From an uncultured archaeon (GTDB taxonomy: Archaea; Asgardarchaeota; Lokiarchaeia; Sigyniarchaeales; SOKP01): 64,000 nucleotides of DNA. The stretch lies in the NCBI GenBank assembly GCA_964525635.1, contig CAZGJX010000002.1:12024-76023 (forward strand), given 5' to 3'. Shown in pieces: positions 59,829 through 64,000 of this stretch (positions within the stretch are counted from its first letter, which is position 1; every line of letters starts with the position of its first letter). The notes beneath the pieces were generated by a model. The model was not told the DNA's origin, did no database searches, and saw nothing but the letters and a program-made list of their open reading frames with translations. A program made the translations under genes and the position numbers.

Positions 59829-60154
59829 AACTTAAATCTCCCTATTATTTTTATACAAGTACATAAATCAAAGAAGTTATAATAAATAAAATTATGGTTG
59901 AATGATATTTAAATTTTCTAAAGAAAATAAAAAAAAAAAATCTGCTTTTAATTTACTAATAAAATTTTTAGCATTTCATTAAATTCTTACTAATTTCAAT
60001 ATAAATATACAGATCTACAACTTTTAGGATATAGTTGTTAAAAATTCAATTGATTTCAATATAAATTTGTATTTCATATTAGATTTATCAAAAAGATATT
60101 TAAATCACTTTTTTCTTAAAGATAATTAAGAATCGAAATTATTGTGTGATTTTT

Positions 60155-61219
60155 ATGATCAATAAAATACTAAGTTCAGAAAAAAAGGAAGTAGATAAGG
60201 AATTAGCAAAATTCTTTAAAAAGTTAAATAAAAAAAATAATGATATTTTATTTGGTGATTTTCTAAGTGAATATGAAGAATATATTTTAAATGAAAAGTC
60301 AAAACGTCTTCATTCAATTCTATTAATTAGTGCATTTAATGGTATTATTAATCCACTAAATTTGGAGGAACTAATTAAGGAAATTAGGAAAGTTTCATTA
60401 TCGGTAGAATTCTTACATAATGCTCATATTATACAGGATGATTTGATAGATAATCATGAATTAAGAAGAGGAAATCCTACATTTCACAGACAAATTAAAA
60501 AAGAGATGAAGAATTTATATAAAAATCAAAATATTTCAAATATATCAAAAAAGTCTGACCAATATGGGAAAGATATTGGGATATTAGGAGGAACTTATGG
60601 ATATCTTTTAGGTTTAGATATAATAAAGAGTTCTAATTTTCCAGAGAAGTTAAAATTAATGGCCATAAATGAATATGCTCAAGCAATTGATTTTTTACTT
60701 AAAGGACAAATAATAGAAGAATATATGGAATATAATAATATAACAATGTCTTTAGAACAATATTTAAATATTGCAGAAATGGAACGTGCTAGAGTCTTTG
60801 AAAAATCAGTAAAAATTGGGGCAATATTAGCCAATGGAAATTTACATTATCAAATAAAACCTTTATCTGAAGCAATGCTTAAAATTGGACAAGCTTATGC
60901 CATTAAAGATGACATTATTGATATAAAAGAAGATATTGAAGGAAAAAAAAAAAGAATAATTTATATCTTGGCAATTCAAAATACAAATGAAGAACAATCA
61001 AAAATATTAAATGAAATTTATCGAAGTGATGAGACGTCTCAACAAGATATAGAAACTGTTATAAAAATATTTAAAGATACAAATGTGATTAAAATTGCTG
61101 AACAACTTGCTATAAATCTAGTTTCTGAAGCTAAAAATTTTCTTCAAGAAATATATCCAGATCTGAATAAAGAACAAAAAGTATTTTTTAATGAATTCGC
61201 TGAATATACTTTTAATTAA
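60155..61219 (+). CDS. Polyprenyl synthetase family protein (divergent)
   Basis: EFLH...IQDDLID..LRRG (FARM), GQ, IKDDIID (SARM). Confidence 0.82.
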   Translation: MINKILSSEKKEVDKELAKFFKKLNKKNNDILFGDFLSEYEEYILNEKSKRLHSILLISAFNGIINPLNLEELIKEIRKVSLSVEFLHNAHIIQDDLIDNHELRRGNPTFHRQIKKEMKNLYKNQNISNISKKSDQYGKDIGILGGTYGYLLGLDIIKSSNFPEKLKLMAINEYAQAIDFLLKGQIIEEYMEYNNITMSLEQYLNIAEMERARVFEKSVKIGAILANGNLHYQIKPLSEAMLKIGQAYAIKDDIIDIKEDIEGKKKRIIYILAIQNTNEEQSKILNEIYRSDETSQQDIETVIKIFKDTNVIKIAEQLAINLVSEAKNFLQEIYPDLNKEQKVFFNEFAEYTFN

Positions 61220-61665
61220 TCAACTATACCTATCTGATAAAGAATTAATTTGATCGATTCCTATAAAAAATCTGGTCAATTTATCTAGATTAAAAAATTT
61301 ATTTATTAAAATAAATAAAATTTTTATAAAAATTAATATTTCGATTACTTTTTTTACATATTTTTTATAAAAAAATATAACAAATTTTGTTATTTTAGAA
61401 GAACGATCACTTCTCAAGCACTTACTTTAAGTTATCTATATATTGTTTAAAGCATCTTTCTTGGGTATTATAAAATTTTATTTATATCTAAGAATCCATT
61501 ACTGTAATTCATTTAAAATATTTCTTCTATTAATTTTTTTTGGGGTAATATTTTTGAAGATTTCTGAGTTTTTATAATGGATTTCACTTTATTACCAGTT
61601 AGCTTTATATTATATTTCATGTTTCGTTATGTAAAGATATCTCTATTTTTTTAAAGTGAAATTTA

Positions 61666-64000
61666 ATGATGAAATTAAAAAAAAATAAAGAGAAAGTTTT
61701 AATTTCTACCTTTCTAATTTTTGCATTGATTTTTACGACTACATCGTCAATAATTGGCAATCAATCATCGAACACTAAATCATATAATATAAAGAATTCA
61801 GCATCGCCAATTTCATTGATTGGTAATGAAGCTGTTGATGATTTTTTTATATCAAATCTTACCGATGGCTCGTTTTGGGATGAAGCATATGTAATAGAAA
61901 ATCTTGTTTTTAATGGTAGTGGAGGTCCAGATTCGGCTATACACATTGAGAATTCAAATCGTTTTATTGTTATATTTAATTGTAGTTTTTATAATTGGTA
62001 TAATGGAATTGATCTCATTAATGTAACCAATCTCTTGGTTCTGGAATGTGAATTTTCTGATAATTCTAATGCTGGTATTGGATCATATTATTGTCAAGAA
62101 AATATTTTTGTGGAAAATGATATCTATGGAAATTCACAAGGTATTTTTATATTTGAATCAATTTATATTGATGTAATAGGAAATACAATTCATAATCAAA
62201 ATGGTATTGCTATAAATCTTCAAAAGTCGAATGTAACTCAAATTATTGATAATGACATCTTTGAAAATCCTCTTGGTTTACTTATAGATACAAGCTCAAA
62301 TACCAATGATGTAATTGAGAATAACATTTATGATAATATTGCCATTGGAATTTTTTTATCAAACTCAGAGGCAAATCATTTCTTTAATAATGGTATTTCA
62401 TCAAATCCAACAGGAATGTCTGTAAGTAATTCATTTGATAATTATTTGATTTGTAATACATTTTTTACAAATGATATTGGAATAAATCTTGTAAATTCAG
62501 ATGATCTTACTATTATTGGAAATGAAATCTCTTACAGTTCAAATTATGGTATGAAAGTGGATGCAAATTCGAATGATAATAGGATGTATCTTAATAGTTT
62601 TATTGAAAATAGCAACATATATGCTGAATCATTAGGAGGTCCGAATTTATGGGATAATGATGGTGACGATGGTATATATATTGGAAACTATTGGGGGGAT
62701 TATGATATTCGTTATCCTGATGCAGAGGTTACTGGAGACGGATGGACTATGAATATTTCTTATGAACTTATAGGTGGTGTGGAAGTGGATAGATATCCAC
62801 TAGTTTCTCTTGACATTGACAACGATTCAATACAAAACCATGAGGAAATATTTTTTAACACAAATCCTTGTGACGCAGATTCAGATAATGATGGATTATC
62901 TGATCCAGAAGAAATTTATACCTATGGGACCGATCCAATGAGACTTGACACAGATGGTGATGGTCTCGGAGATGGATATGAGCTTTCAAACGGATATGAT
63001 CCTTTTAATTCAGATACAGATGATGATGGATTGAATGATGGAGAAGAAATTCAGATTGGTACAGATTGTCTTAATCCAGATACAGATGGAGATGGTCTTG
63101 ACGATGAAGAAGAATATTATCAATATCAAACTGATCCTCTTAATCCAGATTCAGATGATGATGGAATAAATGATTTAGCTGAATTAGGTCTTGGAACCGA
63201 TCCTCTTGATAGTGACTCAGATGATGATGCCCTCTTAGATGGTTATGAGGATGATCATGGATTAGATCCTCTTAATTCAGATACAGATTCTGATGGTATA
63301 CCTGATGGCTGGGAGGTCTGGGGTGATATAGATCCACTTGATCCTGATGCCGATAATGATCCAGATGGAGATGGGTTAACGAATATAGAAGAATATATGG
63401 GAGGAACTCATCCAAGTGAAAATGATACAGATGGAGATGGTATGCCTGACGGTTGGGAAGTTTGGGGTGATATAGATCCACTTGATCCTGATGCCGATAA
63501 TGATCCAGATGGAGATGAACTTTCAAACATAGAAGAATATATATATGGAACTCATCCGAGTGAAAGTGATACTGATTTTGATGGCATACCGGATGGATGG
63601 GAACTTGATTTTAATATAAATCCTAATATTGATGATGCTAATGATGATCCAGATGAAGATGATTTATTAAATCTAGATGAATATTTCAATAATTGCGATC
63701 CTTTAGATAATGATACAGATGGAGATGGTATGCCAGATGGTTGGGAAGTCTGGGGTGATATAGATCCAGTTGATTCTGATGCAGATAATGATCCAGATGG
63801 AGATGATCTAACGAATATAGAAGAATACGCTCATGGAACCCATCCAAGTGAAAATGATACAGATAGTGATGGTTTGGATGATGGTACTGAAGTAAATGCT
63901 TATGATACTGATCCTAATGATGAAGATTCTGATGATGATAGTTTAGATGATGGGCCTGAAGTAAATACTTATGATACTGATCCTAATGATGAAGATTCTG
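61666..64000 (+). CDS. Secreted NosD/parallel beta-helix protein with TSP3-like Ca-binding repeats (3'-truncated; absent from the ORF track)
   Basis: ATG at 61666 with signal peptide. Asn/Ile/Gly beta-helix repeats, GNYWGDY..DRYPL, then many D-[TS]-D-x-D-G repeats. No stop before the window end. Confidence 0.88.
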   Translation, partial: MMKLKKNKEKVLISTFLIFALIFTTTSSIIGNQSSNTKSYNIKNSASPISLIGNEAVDDFFISNLTDGSFWDEAYVIENLVFNGSGGPDSAIHIENSNRFIVIFNCSFYNWYNGIDLINVTNLLVLECEFSDNSNAGIGSYYCQENIFVENDIYGNSQGIFIFESIYIDVIGNTIHNQNGIAINLQKSNVTQIIDNDIFENPLGLLIDTSSNTNDVIENNIYDNIAIGIFLSNSEANHFFNNGISSNPTGMSVSNSFDNYLICNTFFTNDIGINLVNSDDLTIIGNEISYSSNYGMKVDANSNDNRMYLNSFIENSNIYAESLGGPNLWDNDGDDGIYIGNYWGDYDIRYPDAEVTGDGWTMNISYELIGGVEVDRYPLVSLDIDNDSIQNHEEIFFNTNPCDADSDNDGLSDPEEIYTYGTDPMRLDTDGDGLGDGYELSNGYDPFNSDTDDDGLNDGEEIQIGTDCLNPDTDGDGLDDEEEYYQYQTDPLNPDSDDDGINDLAELGLGTDPLDSDSDDDALLDGYEDDHGLDPLNSDTDSDGIPDGWEVWGDIDPLDPDADNDPDGDGLTNIEEYMGGTHPSENDTDGDGMPDGWEVWGDIDPLDPDADNDPDGDELSNIEEYIYGTHPSESDTDFDGIPDGWELDFNINPNIDDANDDPDEDDLLNLDEYFNNCDPLDNDTDGDGMPDGWEVWGDIDPVDSDADNDPDGDDLTNIEEYAHGTHPSENDTDSDGLDDGTEVNAYDTDPNDEDSDDDSLDDGPEVNTYDTDPNDEDS
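63280..64000 (+). repeat. Coding tandem repeats: four 144-nt units followed by 69-nt units
   Basis: The 144-nt units start at 63280, 63424, 63568 and 63712; the 69-nt units start at 63856, 63925 and 63994. 55 nt are identical between 63319 and 63463. Confidence 0.9.

Noticed and set aside
61359-61393. AT-rich palindromes upstream of the surface-protein gene (also 46663-46678)
   Set aside because: They are nearly pure A/T, which is expected by chance at this composition.
7126-63526. Antisense/overlapping ORFs in the track (e.g. 7126-7605, 22163-22471, 43468-43908, 45545-46084, 48513-48968, 55560-55931, 61761-61946, 63272-63526)
   Set aside because: They are shadows of well-supported genes on the opposite strand and have no motifs.
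63280-64000. Regularly spaced repeats resembling a CRISPR array
   Set aside because: The units are multiples of 3 within an open frame, vary at synonymous sites and lack unique spacers. No cas genes are present.

Overview
This is a very AT-rich archaeal chromosomal window, most consistent with an Asgard archaeon (Lokiarchaeia/Promethearchaeota). The assignment is inferred from gene content: archaeal/eukaryote-type PheRS, TyrRS, CoaD and RadA (GEFRTGKTQ), plus several eukaryotic-signature-type proteins. These are a stand-alone roadblock, a roadblock-Rab GTPase fusion, an NPR2/uDENN-like longin-PAS protein, a 1,575-aa single-pass receptor with a cytoplasmic longin-like domain, an Rpn11/CSN5-like JAMM-TPR fusion and two LRR proteins. 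The window opens with a surface-glycan locus (GT2, sulfotransferase, two AlkP-family enzymes, GT4). It continues with a bacterial-type RNase PH, a pheS-pheT-pheA operon, central metabolism genes (ppdK, aspartokinase, PGI-like, aconitase, ACD beta) and a Ca2+ transporter pair. It ends in a secreted beta-helix/TSP3-repeat protein that runs off the window. Four decayed genes are present. No rRNA, tRNA, CRISPR array or IS element was seen. The best leads are: (i) a receptor-longin / roadblock / roadblock-Rab signalling neighbourhood; (ii) a JAMM-TPR gene followed by a tandem C2HC zinc-finger gene that the ORF track truncates; (iii) a candidate Phe-rich leader peptide with competing RNA structures upstream of pheS-pheT-pheA; (iv) two genes that apparently must start at ATT/ATA. 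All domain calls come from motif recognition by eye; no searches were run.
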